A stretch of 64,000 nucleotides of DNA from Acaryochloridaceae cyanobacterium VAR_48_metabat_390 (GTDB lineage: Bacteria; Cyanobacteriota; Cyanobacteriia; Thermosynechococcales; Thermosynechococcaceae), in NCBI GenBank assembly GCA_031422435.1, contig JANPLU010000090.1, positions 1-64,000 on the forward strand. The letters are read 5' to 3'. This document shows, piece by piece, positions 23,454 through 34,516 of the stretch. The notes under the pieces were generated by a model, which ran no database searches, was not told the origin of the DNA, and worked only from the letters and a program-made list of their open reading frames with translations. How positions within the stretch are numbered: position 1 is the first letter of the stretch; every line of letters starts with the position of its first letter. Position numbers and translations under genes: made by a program.

Positions 23454-24257
23454 TTAAGCATCATCTGAATCCATTTCAGATGATGCGTCTGCCGTAGTTT
23501 CAATATCCTCCGGTAGCGACGCGACTTTCACCAACGCATGTCTTAACACCAGCTCTCCTAATGAATATCCTCGGCGCAGCTCTTCAATCACCGTTCCTTC
23601 AGGATGCTCATGGGTTGGCTCGCGCATAATTGCGTCATGAAAATTTGGGTCGAAGGGCTGTCCTTCAACCCGCATTGGTGACACCCCAACTCTTTTTAGA
23701 CAGTCCACAAGCTGTTTATAAACGCCTTGATAGCTCTTGTGAATGTTCACCTCTTCTTCCGTCTGAGGCTTGATATGGGTTCTCGCCCGCTCAAAGCTGT
23801 CGATAACAGGAAGCAGCTCGCTAATAGCATCTCGCTTGACTCGAAGCTCAATTTCGCCTTTCTCCCGCTCTGTACGCTTACGGAAATTGTCAAAATCCGC
23901 AGCAATGCGTATACATTGATTGGTTCGCTCTTCTACCTGGAGGCTCAAAGACTCTACCTCCGTCGCAAGCTGCGTCAGCGCATCTGGCTCTCCCTCTAAA
24001 GTGGCGGCTCCTGCGGGTTCAAAATCCGTCCCGGATTGAACCTTAGTATCACGCTCATCTTGAGTTGCCGCAGACGCATCAGTATCAACTGATTGAGATG
24101 TCGTCTGCTCAGTTGTGTCGCTGCTCACGCTGGGTTCAGAATGATCCGTATTCATTGCTGTATCGCTTTCCATAAGCTGATCTATGTCGATTTCTCTAGC
24201 ATCCTCGCTCATCGCAGTTTCAGTGTGTTGAATCGTTTCGGGTTGGTCGGTACTCAT
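23454..24257 (-). CDS. grpE: Nucleotide exchange factor GrpE (start uncertain; ATG 24257 chosen)
   Basis: ADFDNFRKR, LLPVIDSFERA, FDPNFHDA, GYSLGELVLRHALVKV. Confidence 0.96.
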   Translation of the reverse strand: MSTDQPETIQHTETAMSEDAREIDIDQLMESDTAMNTDHSEPSVSSDTTEQTTSQSVDTDASAATQDERDTKVQSGTDFEPAGAATLEGEPDALTQLATEVESLSLQVEERTNQCIRIAADFDNFRKRTEREKGEIELRVKRDAISELLPVIDSFERARTHIKPQTEEEVNIHKSYQGVYKQLVDCLKRVGVSPMRVEGQPFDPNFHDAIMREPTHEHPEGTVIEELRRGYSLGELVLRHALVKVASLPEDIETTADASSEMDSDDA

Positions 24258-24764
24258 GATCTGAAGGTTTCTTGGCCTTGGAGTGGATCTCACTTAACCT
24301 TTTCCTATAGCGGTCAGGACCATCACTAAGCCCAGGACGTGGTAGAGAATAGGTTTAGGTGTATGTTTTGAATAAGACTGTTAAACCCCATCCATGCTTT
24401 CTCTACAGTAACGAAAGAGCAAGGGTTATAAAGGTTTAGGTCTCAGTTTAGCACTGATGACACCTTTGATTGGGTGGCACGTTGTTGCTTCTCCTGCGTA
24501 ATATAGCCTGATCAATCTGTAGATTGTAGCGGAGACACTTTGCCTTGAAATGGGGGTAGTTTTCGCTCCCTTGCTTATTCTTCCCCAGTTCTTCAGAAAT
24601 ATTCCAATGACATTTTGCTAAAAAGAGACTTAAAAATGGGAACGATTAAAAGGACTGCAATCTACACGCTTTTTTCTTTCCATTTTTCGCAGTCTTGTTT
24701 TGACAAATTAGAATATCCCCTAACCACTACATTGCGTCTCTTTTGAGATTTTAGTTGGAGCCTT

Positions 24765-26762
24765 ATGGTCAACTCTTCTTCACGGCGTGCCCTTATTACT
24801 CGACAAAGCTTTTCTCCGTTTGGAAATAAGCTGATTCAGACTGGATATATTGACCAAGAACAGATGCTTCAGGCCTCTGTAGAAAGCCGCCAGTCGGGCA
24901 AGTCGCTGGTTGAAGTGCTCCAGGGGCTAACGGGTCGGGCGCTGCCGCCAGATCTACTGCGCCAGTTCAAACAGCAGCAGCTGTTTGAACTCAAAATTAT
25001 TTACGGCATTGACTCCCTTGATCCAGAGGTCAATCAAATTCCGACCGATCAGGTTGGTGACCTGATTGACCGCTACATTCCCCTTGACGTTTGCCGAACC
25101 TATGAGCTAATTCCCATCAGCCTCAATCAGGATGACGATCCACCTACGATGCTGGTGGCGATGGTAAACCCTGACAATTTAGAAGCCCAGGATCGTATCA
25201 ATCGGTTTTTGCGTCCTGAAAGTATTGTGCTGCGTCGAATGGTCATCGCGGCGGATGACTATCAGCAGCTTATTCAGCGCTACCTGGACGAAAACGCCGC
25301 GCGGCGCGCCAAGGTCGAAGCGGATCAGCTCATGAATATTGATCTAGCCGACGACCTTGAAAGTATTGGCGGCTTTGAAGAGCTATCCATTGACGAAGGC
25401 GAAATGGATTTAGGCAATGCTCTTCAGGAGGCGGAAACAGCACCCATTATTACCCTGGTGAACAAGGTACTGGCAAAAGCTCTTCAGGAAGGGGTTTCGG
25501 ATATTCACATTGAGCCTCAAGAGGAAAACCTACGGATTCGGTTTCGTAAGGATGGGGTGTTAGGGTATGCATTCCCCCCCCTGCCGAGAAAAATTATCTC
25601 GGCGGTGATTTCACGGTTCAAGATTATTGCGGAGCTGGACATTGCAGAGCGGCGTCAGCCCCAAGATGGTCGAATTCGGCGTCTATTTCAGGGACGCAAG
25701 GTTGACTTTCGGGTCAGTACGCTCCCGAGCCGCTTTGGCGAAAAGGTGGTTCTGCGGATTCTGGACAATTCTTCAACGCAGCTGGGTCTCGATAAACTCA
25801 TTACCGATCCAGAAAGTTTAGAAATTGTTCGAGACATGGTCAGCCGCCCCTTTGGGCTGGTTCTGGTTACAGGGCCGACAGGTTCTGGGAAAACGACGAC
25901 GCTGTACTCGGCGCTCGCTGAATGTAATGATCCGGGCAAAAATATTAGTACGGCGGAAGATCCCATTGAGTATACGCTGCCTGGATTGACCCAGGTGCAG
26001 GTCATTCGGGACAAGGGGATGGACTTCGCCTCGATTCTGCGGGCATTTCTGCGGCAGGATCCAGACGTTATTCTGGTGGGTGAGACTCGTGATAAAGAGA
26101 CGGCTAAGACGGCAATTGAGGCGGCGTTAACGGGTCACTTGGTTTTGACAACGCTGCACACCAATGACGCGGCTAGTGCGATCGCCCGTCTATCCGAAAT
26201 GGACGTTGAGCCATTCATGGTTTCGGCTTCTTTAATTGGTGTGGTTGCCCAGCGACTGGTGCGTCGCGTCTGCACCGAGTGTAGAATACCCTACCAGCCT
26301 TCACCGACTGACCTCTCTCGTTTCGGCCTGTCTGCATCCGCAGGCACAGAGATTACGTTTTACCGTGCCAATACCCTCTCACCCGATGAAATTCAGGCGA
26401 GTCGCTCGGTTTGCTCCAAATGTAATGGCATTGGCTACAAGGGTCGCGTCGGGGTCTATGAGATTATGCGCATCACCGAAACGCTTCAGAGTTTCATTAC
26501 AGAAGGCGCACCCACGGAGCGAATTAAAGAAGTGGCCGTTGAGGAAGGCATGATAACGCTTCTGGCCTACAGTCTCAACTTGGTCAAACGCGGCGAAACA
26601 ACCCTTGATGAAGTTGAGCGCGTCACCTTTACAGACTCTGGTTTAGAGGCTGAGCTAAAGGCGCGGCGAAAGACCTCTCTCACCTGTCGCGTTTGCAGCG
26701 CAGACGTAAAACAGGAGTGGCTTGACTGCCCGTATTGCATGACGCCTCGATTTGAAGAATAG
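24765..26762 (+). CDS. pilB: Type IV pilus assembly ATPase
   Basis: SDIHIEP, GPTGSGKTT, LRQDPD, LHTNDA; C-terminal CxxC...CPYC extension. Confidence 0.95.
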   Translation: MVNSSSRRALITRQSFSPFGNKLIQTGYIDQEQMLQASVESRQSGKSLVEVLQGLTGRALPPDLLRQFKQQQLFELKIIYGIDSLDPEVNQIPTDQVGDLIDRYIPLDVCRTYELIPISLNQDDDPPTMLVAMVNPDNLEAQDRINRFLRPESIVLRRMVIAADDYQQLIQRYLDENAARRAKVEADQLMNIDLADDLESIGGFEELSIDEGEMDLGNALQEAETAPIITLVNKVLAKALQEGVSDIHIEPQEENLRIRFRKDGVLGYAFPPLPRKIISAVISRFKIIAELDIAERRQPQDGRIRRLFQGRKVDFRVSTLPSRFGEKVVLRILDNSSTQLGLDKLITDPESLEIVRDMVSRPFGLVLVTGPTGSGKTTTLYSALAECNDPGKNISTAEDPIEYTLPGLTQVQVIRDKGMDFASILRAFLRQDPDVILVGETRDKETAKTAIEAALTGHLVLTTLHTNDAASAIARLSEMDVEPFMVSASLIGVVAQRLVRRVCTECRIPYQPSPTDLSRFGLSASAGTEITFYRANTLSPDEIQASRSVCSKCNGIGYKGRVGVYEIMRITETLQSFITEGAPTERIKEVAVEEGMITLLAYSLNLVKRGETTLDEVERVTFTDSGLEAELKARRKTSLTCRVCSADVKQEWLDCPYCMTPRFEE

Positions 26763-26833
26763 CGCAATTTTACAGGGTCTATTAAGACAGGGTCTATCAA
26801 CAACTTAACGGCACAACTGGGGATTTTACGTTC

Positions 26834-27955
26834 ATGGAATACATGATTGAAGACTTGATGGAAGAAGTGGTGGAGCGGGGCGGTTCTGACCTCCACGTTT
26901 CGGCAGGGCTACCACCCTACATTCGAGTCAACGGAAAGCTAACGCCCACAGATCGCGATCCGCTGTCGGCAGAGCAGTGCCAAAGGCTGATCTTTAGTAT
27001 GCTCAACAATACCCAGCGCAAAAATCTAGAGCAAAACTGGGAGCTAGACTGCTCCTACGGCGTTCGGGGTTTGGCACGCTTTCGGGTCAATGTCTATAAA
27101 GATCGCGGTACCTATGCGGCGGCACTACGGGCGCTTAGCTCTAAAATTCCGACCATCGAAACCCTGGGTCTACCAAACATTGTGCGGGAAATGTCAGAAA
27201 AGCCACGGGGCTTGATTTTGGTTACAGGGCCGACGGGTTCTGGGAAGTCTACGACCCTGGCTTCGATGATTAACAATATTAATGTGACCCGAGCGGAACA
27301 CATTTTAACCATTGAAGACCCCATTGAATTTGTCTACGAACCCGTCAAAAGCGTAATCCACCAGCGGCAGGTGGGAGAAGACACTCGCAGTTTCTCTAAT
27401 GCGCTACGGGCGGCACTGCGTGAAGACCCAGATGTGGTGCTTGTGGGTGAGTTACGAGATTTAGAAACCATTCAGCTTGCTATTACCGCCGCAGAAACGG
27501 GTCACTTAGTGTTTGGGACGCTCCACACCAGCTCTGCCTCTCAAACCGTAGACCGGATGGTGGATGTGTTCCCTCCAGAGCAGCAGACCCAGGTGCGCGT
27601 TCAGCTCTCAGGCTCTTTGGTGGCGGTGTTTAGCCAGACGCTGGTACCTCGCAAGAATGTGAAGCCTGGTGAATATGGTCGAACCCTCGCTCAAGAAATT
27701 ATGGTGGTCACTCCGGCGATCGCCAACTTAATCCGAGAAGGCAAAACGGCACAGATTTACTCCGCCATCCAAACAGGAGGCAAGCTTGGCATGATCACGC
27801 TAGAGAAGGTTTTAGCTGAGCTATATCGCGCGGGCACTATTTCCTTTGAGTCTGCCGTCTCCAAGACGTCTCGACCAGATGAGCTACAGCGACTGATGGG
27901 GGCAGGGCCTGTGGGGGCAAATGATATGGCTGGTGCAAACCTTCGCCGACATTAG
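26834..27955 (+). CDS. pilT: Type IV pilus retraction ATPase
   Basis: SDLH, GPTGSGKST, ALREDPD, AIANLIRE motif. Confidence 0.96.
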   Translation: MEYMIEDLMEEVVERGGSDLHVSAGLPPYIRVNGKLTPTDRDPLSAEQCQRLIFSMLNNTQRKNLEQNWELDCSYGVRGLARFRVNVYKDRGTYAAALRALSSKIPTIETLGLPNIVREMSEKPRGLILVTGPTGSGKSTTLASMINNINVTRAEHILTIEDPIEFVYEPVKSVIHQRQVGEDTRSFSNALRAALREDPDVVLVGELRDLETIQLAITAAETGHLVFGTLHTSSASQTVDRMVDVFPPEQQTQVRVQLSGSLVAVFSQTLVPRKNVKPGEYGRTLAQEIMVVTPAIANLIREGKTAQIYSAIQTGGKLGMITLEKVLAELYRAGTISFESAVSKTSRPDELQRLMGAGPVGANDMAGANLRRH

Positions 27956-28078
27956 CCTTTAGCGGTACGCAAGGCTCCACTCTGTTCTAAGTTCAACCCC
28001 AAATTGTTTGTCATTCCTACTTTCCAAAATTCCTTCTCTTACACCTGTTCTGTTGATAAGCGCTAAGAGTATTTAGAT

Positions 28079-29305
28079 ATGCCTACCTACGTTGTTCGTG
28101 CCAAAAATTCTGTTGGAAAAAGCAGTAGTCAAAAAGTTACTGCAAACTCTCTCAAGGAGGCCCGCACGACCATCCAGCGTCAGGGGCTTCAGGTTACGGA
28201 TGTCAAAGAAGATCAGGGTCTTAAGATTGACGGCAATTTTGAGCTTAACCTCGATTTTTTAGGCTCTATTAAGGTCAAGGACAAAGCAATCTTTTCGCGG
28301 CAGTTTGCGGCGCTTGTCAACGCTGGCGTTGCAATGGTGCGCGGTCTTGGCGTCATGGCAGACCAATGTACCAATCCAAAGCTTAAGAAAGTTTTGCTTC
28401 AGGTCAATGCGGATGTGCAGCAGGGTATGAGTCTGTCAGAAGCAATGCGATCGCATCCTGAGGCGTTTGATGAGCTGTACGTCGCCATGATTCAGGCAGG
28501 GGAAACAGGCGGGGTATTGGACGAAACCCTCAATCGACTCTCCAAGCTCCTAGAAGATCAAACCCGACTGAACAATCAGATTAAGTCTGCTTTGGCCTAC
28601 CCAGTAGTCGTAACCTTCATTGCAGTCACGATTTTCTTTGGCATGGTGATTTTCTTGATTCCAGTCTTTGATGGGATCTTTAAGCAGCTTGGAGGTCAAC
28701 TGCCCGTCTTTACTCAAATACTTGTAAACCTGAGCGTCTTCTTACGAACGCCGCAGTATGCGATTACCTTTATCGTCTTTATTGGGGGAGGCATTTTTGG
28801 CCTTAAGCAATATTACAAAACCCGTACAGGCCGCGAAACCATTGACCGACTTTCTCTAAAAGTTCCTCTCTTTGGCGATCTGATTCAAAAAACGGCTGTG
28901 GCTCGATTTTGCCGAACCTTTGGGTCTTTGTCTCGCTCTGGCGTACCCATTCTACAGGCGTTAGAAATTGTGCGAGACACCGCAGGCAACCAAATTATCT
29001 CTAATGCGGTGGATGAAGCCCGTCGAGAGGTTCAAGGCGGCGGAATGCTTAGTTTGGCCTTACAGAGAGAAAAAGTCTTTCCGGTTCTGGCAACCCAGAT
29101 GATTAACGTTGGGGAAGAAACAGGGGAAATTGATAAAATGCTCATGAAGGTCGCAGATTTCTACGAGGACGAAGTAGAGCAGGCCGTCAAAGCCATGACG
29201 AGCATTATGGAACCCATTATGATCGTGCTGCTCGGGGGCATGGTTGGGTCTATCCTCGTAGCAATGTATTTACCCATGTTCCAAGTCTTTGAACTGGTCA
29301 AGTAG
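28079..29305 (+). CDS. pilC: Type IV pilus inner-membrane platform protein (GspF family)
   Basis: FSRQFAALVNAGV, AGETGGVLD, ALAYP, GEETG, MYLPMF. Confidence 0.95.
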   Translation: MPTYVVRAKNSVGKSSSQKVTANSLKEARTTIQRQGLQVTDVKEDQGLKIDGNFELNLDFLGSIKVKDKAIFSRQFAALVNAGVAMVRGLGVMADQCTNPKLKKVLLQVNADVQQGMSLSEAMRSHPEAFDELYVAMIQAGETGGVLDETLNRLSKLLEDQTRLNNQIKSALAYPVVVTFIAVTIFFGMVIFLIPVFDGIFKQLGGQLPVFTQILVNLSVFLRTPQYAITFIVFIGGGIFGLKQYYKTRTGRETIDRLSLKVPLFGDLIQKTAVARFCRTFGSLSRSGVPILQALEIVRDTAGNQIISNAVDEARREVQGGGMLSLALQREKVFPVLATQMINVGEETGEIDKMLMKVADFYEDEVEQAVKAMTSIMEPIMIVLLGGMVGSILVAMYLPMFQVFELVK

Positions 29306-29365
29306 GCGAATCAGTCGCTTCTGCAAACTATCCTTAAGACATAGCCTTAATCATTAGCCTAGCTA

Positions 29366-30010
29366 TTGGCATCACTGGATGCTTACAATAACAACCATGT
29401 ATTGAGATGGGCTGCTGTGACTCAGGATTCGTTTGGGAATAATCTACCAGCGCGCTTTACGAAGCGCTTAGGGACTATACCCACCTATTATGAGCTACTT
29501 GATCTGCCTTGTTCTGCAACGGCAGATCAGGTTCGTAGAGCCTATCGAAGTAAAAGCAAACTCTATCATCCTGACACGACCGCTTTACCGCCGGAAGCCG
29601 CAGGCCAAAAGTTTCGTGAGCTAAAGGACGCTTATGCGGTCTTAAATAATCCTGAGCGCCGTGCAGCTTACGATACGGGACAGCAGGCAGAATTGAGTTC
29701 TGCGCAACGTCATGAATCGGGTTCTCAAGATAGTCGCTTTAGGGGTTCAGCCTCGGCATACTTAGATCCGAAAGAAAGGTCTTTATCGCCAGGTGAAATT
29801 TTTGCGGTGTTCCTTTTGGGCATCACGTTTCTAATTTGCCTTGTGCTAGCCATTATCTTAGGCATTGCGAGGGGCGAAATGGTTGTTCAAACGGCTGCTC
29901 CCATAAACCTTTCTCTAAAATCACCGTTGTTAAAAGAACAGCAGCTTAAAATATCTGTAAGGGCGCAACGCCCAGACCTCACTACAGCCGACCGGAAGAC
30001 TAAGACTTAG
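29366..30010 (+). CDS. J-domain membrane protein (start uncertain)
   Basis: TYYELL...YHPDT J domain followed by one TM helix. Confidence 0.85.
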   Translation: MASLDAYNNNHVLRWAAVTQDSFGNNLPARFTKRLGTIPTYYELLDLPCSATADQVRRAYRSKSKLYHPDTTALPPEAAGQKFRELKDAYAVLNNPERRAAYDTGQQAELSSAQRHESGSQDSRFRGSASAYLDPKERSLSPGEIFAVFLLGITFLICLVLAIILGIARGEMVVQTAAPINLSLKSPLLKEQQLKISVRAQRPDLTTADRKTKT

Positions 30011-30041
30011 CATTGATTTAGCGCACCACTATAGCATTAGC

Positions 30042-30320
30042 ATGAATTCTTCTTTACCCATCCCCGAAACTCCGCTCTACAACCACACACTGCCAGATAT
30101 TGAGCAATGGCTAAGGGCACGAGGCTGTGAGCGAGACGTTGAGCAACTTCATCTTTGGCATCTGACTAGCACAACTTGGTCAGCCGAAATTCGATTAGAC
30201 ATTGAAGAGCTTTCAATTCTATATGACGAACCCCAGCGTCAGGCGCTGAACGTTCGCAGAACCTTTAAGTATTCTCTGAGCCGCCAAGATATTGAAGACG
30301 CGATTTTGGCAGGGCCTTAA
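30042..30320 (+). CDS. Conserved cyanobacterial protein (DUF3143-like)
   Basis: TPLYNHTLPDIEQWL...FKYSLSRQDIEDAILAGP. Confidence 0.8.
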   Translation: MNSSLPIPETPLYNHTLPDIEQWLRARGCERDVEQLHLWHLTSTTWSAEIRLDIEELSILYDEPQRQALNVRRTFKYSLSRQDIEDAILAGP

Positions 30321-30362
30321 TTCTACTTTTATCTAGGGAAAGCTGGGTGGCGGTTGCTGCTG

Positions 30363-31115
30363 CTATTTCACTTTGCCAAATCGACGGTGCCGCTGCTGGT
30401 AATCTTGCAGCGCTTTATGAAAGGCTTCTCGGTCAAAATCAGGCCATAGCGTATGAGTAACGTAGAGTTCGGCGTAGGCCACTTGCCACAGTAAAAAGTT
30501 GCTCACGCGCATTTCGCCACTGGTGCGGATTAGCAGGTCTGGGTGGCTAATACCCTTGGTGTACAGATGCTGCTCAAAAATGCCTTCGTCAATCTCTGCG
30601 GCGCTGAGTTCGCCGAGCTGGACTTTTTGGGCGATCGCCCGACAGGCTTCCAAGATTTCTCGACGACCACCATAGTTGGTCGCCACCACAAATTTAATCT
30701 TTGTATTGTGTTGGGTTGCCACCATCGCACGGTCAATTTCTTCCTGGAGTGACTTGGGCAGCGCCTGTAGGTCGCCCACAAAATGAATCTGCACCCCTTC
30801 CTCAATCATTTCTTTAAGTTCTCGCCGAAGCACCCGCTCAAATAGCGTCATTAAAAAATCGACTTCGGTTAATGGGCGACCCCAATTTTCAGTTGAGAAC
30901 GCATAGGCCGTCAGTGCCTCAATGCCCCAATCTTTACAGCAGCGCAAAATTTCCTTGAGGGCATCTACCCCTCGCCGATGGCCCATAAAGCGAGGCTGCC
31001 CTTGCTGCTGCGCCCAACGTCCATTGCCATCCATAATGACCGCAACGTGCTTGGGCAGACGCAGTACATCAAGATCATTGGGCAGGCTATTGAGTACGGC
31101 TGGGTTCACGGTCAT
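30363..31115 (-). CDS. uppS: Isoprenyl transferase (undecaprenyl-PP synthase family)
   Basis: [40 protein letters not shown]. Confidence 0.96.
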   Translation of the reverse strand: MTVNPAVLNSLPNDLDVLRLPKHVAVIMDGNGRWAQQQGQPRFMGHRRGVDALKEILRCCKDWGIEALTAYAFSTENWGRPLTEVDFLMTLFERVLRRELKEMIEEGVQIHFVGDLQALPKSLQEEIDRAMVATQHNTKIKFVVATNYGGRREILEACRAIAQKVQLGELSAAEIDEGIFEQHLYTKGISHPDLLIRTSGEMRVSNFLLWQVAYAELYVTHTLWPDFDREAFHKALQDYQQRHRRFGKVK

Positions 31116-32029
31116 GTTTTCTTACGAGTGACGAAAAAATTTAGAAGACGTGACAGTAAGCCTACGCTCTTCTTTGTAAATCGCTGTAAAAACCGAGGCA
31201 GTCCTGACGTTACCACTTCACGGTCTATGGAAAATGTGAGTCGTTTTTCTAGTAGCTCTCTCAGTTTACTGCTAGTCAATGGACGATTTAAGACTCCTCT
31301 CTCGGCAAGAGAGATAGATCCAGTCTCTTCAGAAACGACAATGCAAAGGCAGTTATTGACCCGTTCGGTAATGCCCATGGCAGCTCGGTGACGGGTGCCC
31401 AACTGCCGCGAGGCATCTCGGTCTGAAATGGGCAGAATAATGCCTGCTGCCACAATCTTAGACCCTCGGATCAAGACGGCTCCATCATGGAGAAGCGTCG
31501 TTGTTTGGAAAAGCGTCTGCAAAATTTCCCGCGACACTTCGGCATTCAGCCGCACCCCTGGCACCGAAAAGTCTCGCTCATCCACGGGCGTGTTAGTGGT
31601 CTCCACCATCAGCAGCGCCCCCGTCCGGCTTTGAGATAGGTCTCGAATGGCATCCACAATTTCATCAATGACGCTATTTGAACCGAGCGTTGCCCTTTGA
31701 CTAGGCTTCAGTAGATTGAGTAATTCTCCTCGACCCAACTGCTCTAAAAAGCGGCGCACCTCAGACTGCAAAATGACAGCCATCGCCACCGCAGAGCCAA
31801 TCACAAGGTTATTGAGCACAAAACTCAGAAGCGTCAACTGAAGCCGCTGACTGATTGCAGCCGCCAGCATCAAAAAGATAAACCCACGCACCATCCAAAG
31901 CGTCCGGCGCTCTGCAATCACGAGCAGCACAATATAGGTCAGCGCGAGAACTAGGCCAACATCAGTCATCAGCAAAAACAAAGACTGAGTCCATTGATGG
32001 TCAGACAGCCATTGCTTTAGCGCTTCCAT
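31112..32029 (-). CDS. cdaA: Diadenylate cyclase (c-di-AMP synthase)
   Basis: Three N-terminal TM helices, LHDGA and GTRHRAA DAC motifs, VSEETG. Confidence 0.95.
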   Translation of the reverse strand: MEALKQWLSDHQWTQSLFLLMTDVGLVLALTYIVLLVIAERRTLWMVRGFIFLMLAAAISQRLQLTLLSFVLNNLVIGSAVAMAVILQSEVRRFLEQLGRGELLNLLKPSQRATLGSNSVIDEIVDAIRDLSQSRTGALLMVETTNTPVDERDFSVPGVRLNAEVSREILQTLFQTTTLLHDGAVLIRGSKIVAAGIILPISDRDASRQLGTRHRAAMGITERVNNCLCIVVSEETGSISLAERGVLNRPLTSSKLRELLEKRLTFSIDREVVTSGLPRFLQRFTKKSVGLLSRLLNFFVTRKKT

Positions 32030-32156
32030 GATTGGGGCTTAACCTTTTGCGCGCGATGGAATCGAAACGATAGAACTGAACTTCTCCCTTTTGTTTCAAG
32101 GCCGTTAAGTTCAAGGTGATGGGGGAGATCAAATTGAACCAAACTGTATAACGAAG

Positions 32157-33554
32157 CTACCGCAGTCTTTCGGGAAGACAGTCTTGACGAATTAAATCAT
32201 CATTAGTTTCTCGCCGTAAAATGAGGCTTGCTTCTCCATCATTAACCAAAACTGCCGCAGGTCGCGGGATCCGGTTATAGTTGGAGGCCATACTGTAGTT
32301 ATAGGCTCCAGTATCCATCACCACCAGAATATCTCCTGGCACACAATCTGGCAGTTGGGCACTTTTCAAGAGAATATCGCCTGATTCACAGTGTTTTCCG
32401 GCAACTGTGACCGTTTCTGTCGCGTCGTCCCGCATTCGATTGGCGACCACGGCACGATACTCAGACTGGTAGGTGATGGGCCTAGGGTTGTCTGACATGC
32501 CGCCGTCTATAGAAATGTACGTGCGGATGCCTGGAACGGTTTTCTTGCTGCCAATTCGATAGGCTGTGATGCAGGCGGTTCCAATGAGCGATCGCCCTGG
32601 TTCGCACAGCAGCTTAGGTAGTGGGAGTGATCGCGCGGCGCAGGCTACGGCAACGCCCGTCCCAATTACCTTGCACCAGTCGTCAATGCTGGGGGGGTCA
32701 TCAGACTCTGTGTACCGAATGCCTAAACCACCGCCCACATTCAGTTCCGTCATGGGTAGCCCTAACGCCTGAGCCTCCATGAGCAAATCCACAATCACCC
32801 CCGTGAGATCTTGGTGGGGCTGTAGCTCAAAAATTTGGGAGCCAATATGGGCATGTAGCCCCACCCACTGAATTGCAGGGTGCTGCTGGGCAAATTGAAA
32901 GACCTCGGCAAGCTGGTTGGGGTCAAAGCCAAATTTGCTGTCTAAGTGCCCTGTTCTAATATATTCGTGGGTATGGCACTCAATGCCTGGGGTAATTCGC
33001 AGCATGACCCGAAGGGGTTGCCCTTCATGAGATTGAGCGATTTGAACTAAGTTTTCTAACTCTAGCCAGTTATCGGCGATCACCGTTACGCCTGTCTCAA
33101 CGGCGTACTTCAGCTCTTCAACCGACTTGTTGTTGCCGTGTAGATAAATATCTTGAGGTGCAACACCTGCCTGGATTCCGGTGTATAGCTCACCGCCAGA
33201 CACAACGTCTAGCCCCAGCCCTTCGCTATTCACTACGGCACAAACTGCCACGCAGCTCCAGGCTTTGGAGGCATACAGCACCTGAGAAACGCCAGCATAG
33301 TGCTGACTCAGCCCTTGACGATACTGCTGAGCCGCCGTTCTGAGGGTTGCCTCATCGAGGATATAGAGCGGTGAACCGAACTGTTCTACTAAATCGGGGA
33401 CGCTGCACCCTCCCACCTCAAGACTGTCTCCATTGACACGGGCGCTGAGGGGCAGTAGCTGCTGATTGGGAGAGGGGGCTGCCGCTGAAGACTGGTGCAG
33501 ACCCAAGAAGTCTGCACCACTTAAAAGACGCTCTGGATTTTGAACCGCTACCAT
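32157..33554 (-). CDS. lysA: Diaminopimelate decarboxylase
   Basis: YASKA, HIGSQ, EPGRS, GKHCESGD, GAYNYSMASNYN. Confidence 0.97.
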   Translation of the reverse strand: MVAVQNPERLLSGADFLGLHQSSAAAPSPNQQLLPLSARVNGDSLEVGGCSVPDLVEQFGSPLYILDEATLRTAAQQYRQGLSQHYAGVSQVLYASKAWSCVAVCAVVNSEGLGLDVVSGGELYTGIQAGVAPQDIYLHGNNKSVEELKYAVETGVTVIADNWLELENLVQIAQSHEGQPLRVMLRITPGIECHTHEYIRTGHLDSKFGFDPNQLAEVFQFAQQHPAIQWVGLHAHIGSQIFELQPHQDLTGVIVDLLMEAQALGLPMTELNVGGGLGIRYTESDDPPSIDDWCKVIGTGVAVACAARSLPLPKLLCEPGRSLIGTACITAYRIGSKKTVPGIRTYISIDGGMSDNPRPITYQSEYRAVVANRMRDDATETVTVAGKHCESGDILLKSAQLPDCVPGDILVVMDTGAYNYSMASNYNRIPRPAAVLVNDGEASLILRRETNDDLIRQDCLPERLR

Positions 33555-33734
33555 AGGGCTGAATTAAGCTAACGATGAGGACTGGGCTGCAAGGGTATCA
33601 AAAAAGTTGTGGGCTGTTTTCACTCGCCTTCAATCGGCTCGCACAGGCACTTAACCTTAATACCCCAGTGTACAATTTGACGGTTCTGGATGCATTGCTT
33701 CTTTTTGCGTCAAGCACCATTTTTAGGCAAAATT

Positions 33735-34262
33735 ATGTCATTCGTGCTTCAGCCGCTTCCTGAATCACTCTTAAGCTCGGCAGTGGAGCTGGATCAGATG
33801 GTTCTGGGTGGATTCTGGAGTCTCCAGTCTTACCAAGAAGAGCTTAATCGAGGGAGCAGTGATTTATTGGGGTTATGGGCAGTGCCGTCGCTTCAGCATC
33901 CGCCGCTGCTGGCGGTAGGGTGTGCCTGGACGATCTTGGATGAGGCGCACATTATATTGATGGCGGTGCATCCTCAGTATCGAAGACAGGGCTTTGGGGT
34001 TGGAATGCTGCTGAAGCTGCTGAGCTTAGCGCGCCATCGCGGTATGAAGTACGCCACGTTAGAAGTTAGGGCATCAAATGAAGCGGCGATCGCCCTCTAC
34101 ACAAAGCTAGGATTTACGTCCGTGGGCAAGCGCCCCAAGTACTACGCAGATAACGATGAAGACGCCCTGGTCATGTGGCGATCGGGGCTACAGCTGCCTG
34201 AGTTTGGTGAACAGATAGAGGCGGATTGGGCCGCAGCTCAGCGCCAGTGGCAGTACATCTAA
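33735..34262 (+). CDS. rimI: Ribosomal-protein-alanine N-acetyltransferase (GNAT)
   Basis: EAHI, AVHPQYRRQGFG, TLEVRASN, RPKYY...EDALVMW. Confidence 0.9.
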   Translation: MSFVLQPLPESLLSSAVELDQMVLGGFWSLQSYQEELNRGSSDLLGLWAVPSLQHPPLLAVGCAWTILDEAHIILMAVHPQYRRQGFGVGMLLKLLSLARHRGMKYATLEVRASNEAAIALYTKLGFTSVGKRPKYYADNDEDALVMWRSGLQLPEFGEQIEADWAAAQRQWQYI

Positions 34263-34516
34263 GCGGATTGTAGTAATATCACGGCAGAGAAAGGGTAAAA
34301 CCCGTGCTTCATCTGCCCTATCAATCTCCCCTTTCTCGTTCAAGTACATCTACAATAAGTTATTAAGCTGTTGTTAATGTTTCGCTTCATCAAGCTTCCC
34401 CACTTTTGGAAATTGAGGGCGCCGCATTAAGCACCTAAACCCCTAGGGACAGGCTCATTTGAATATTTTTCTCTGTGTTAAAATCGGGTTTACCAGCAGG
34501 TAGTGAGATAAAGGCC

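Noticed and set aside
24448..24474. Possible CIRCE element upstream of grpE-dnaK-dnaJ (TTAGCACTG)
   Set aside because: Only a partial left half-site; no GAGTGCTAA right arm at 9-nt spacing
30363..33554. lysA-cdaA-uppS operon as a novel c-di-AMP system
   Set aside because: Known conserved cyanobacterial gene arrangement
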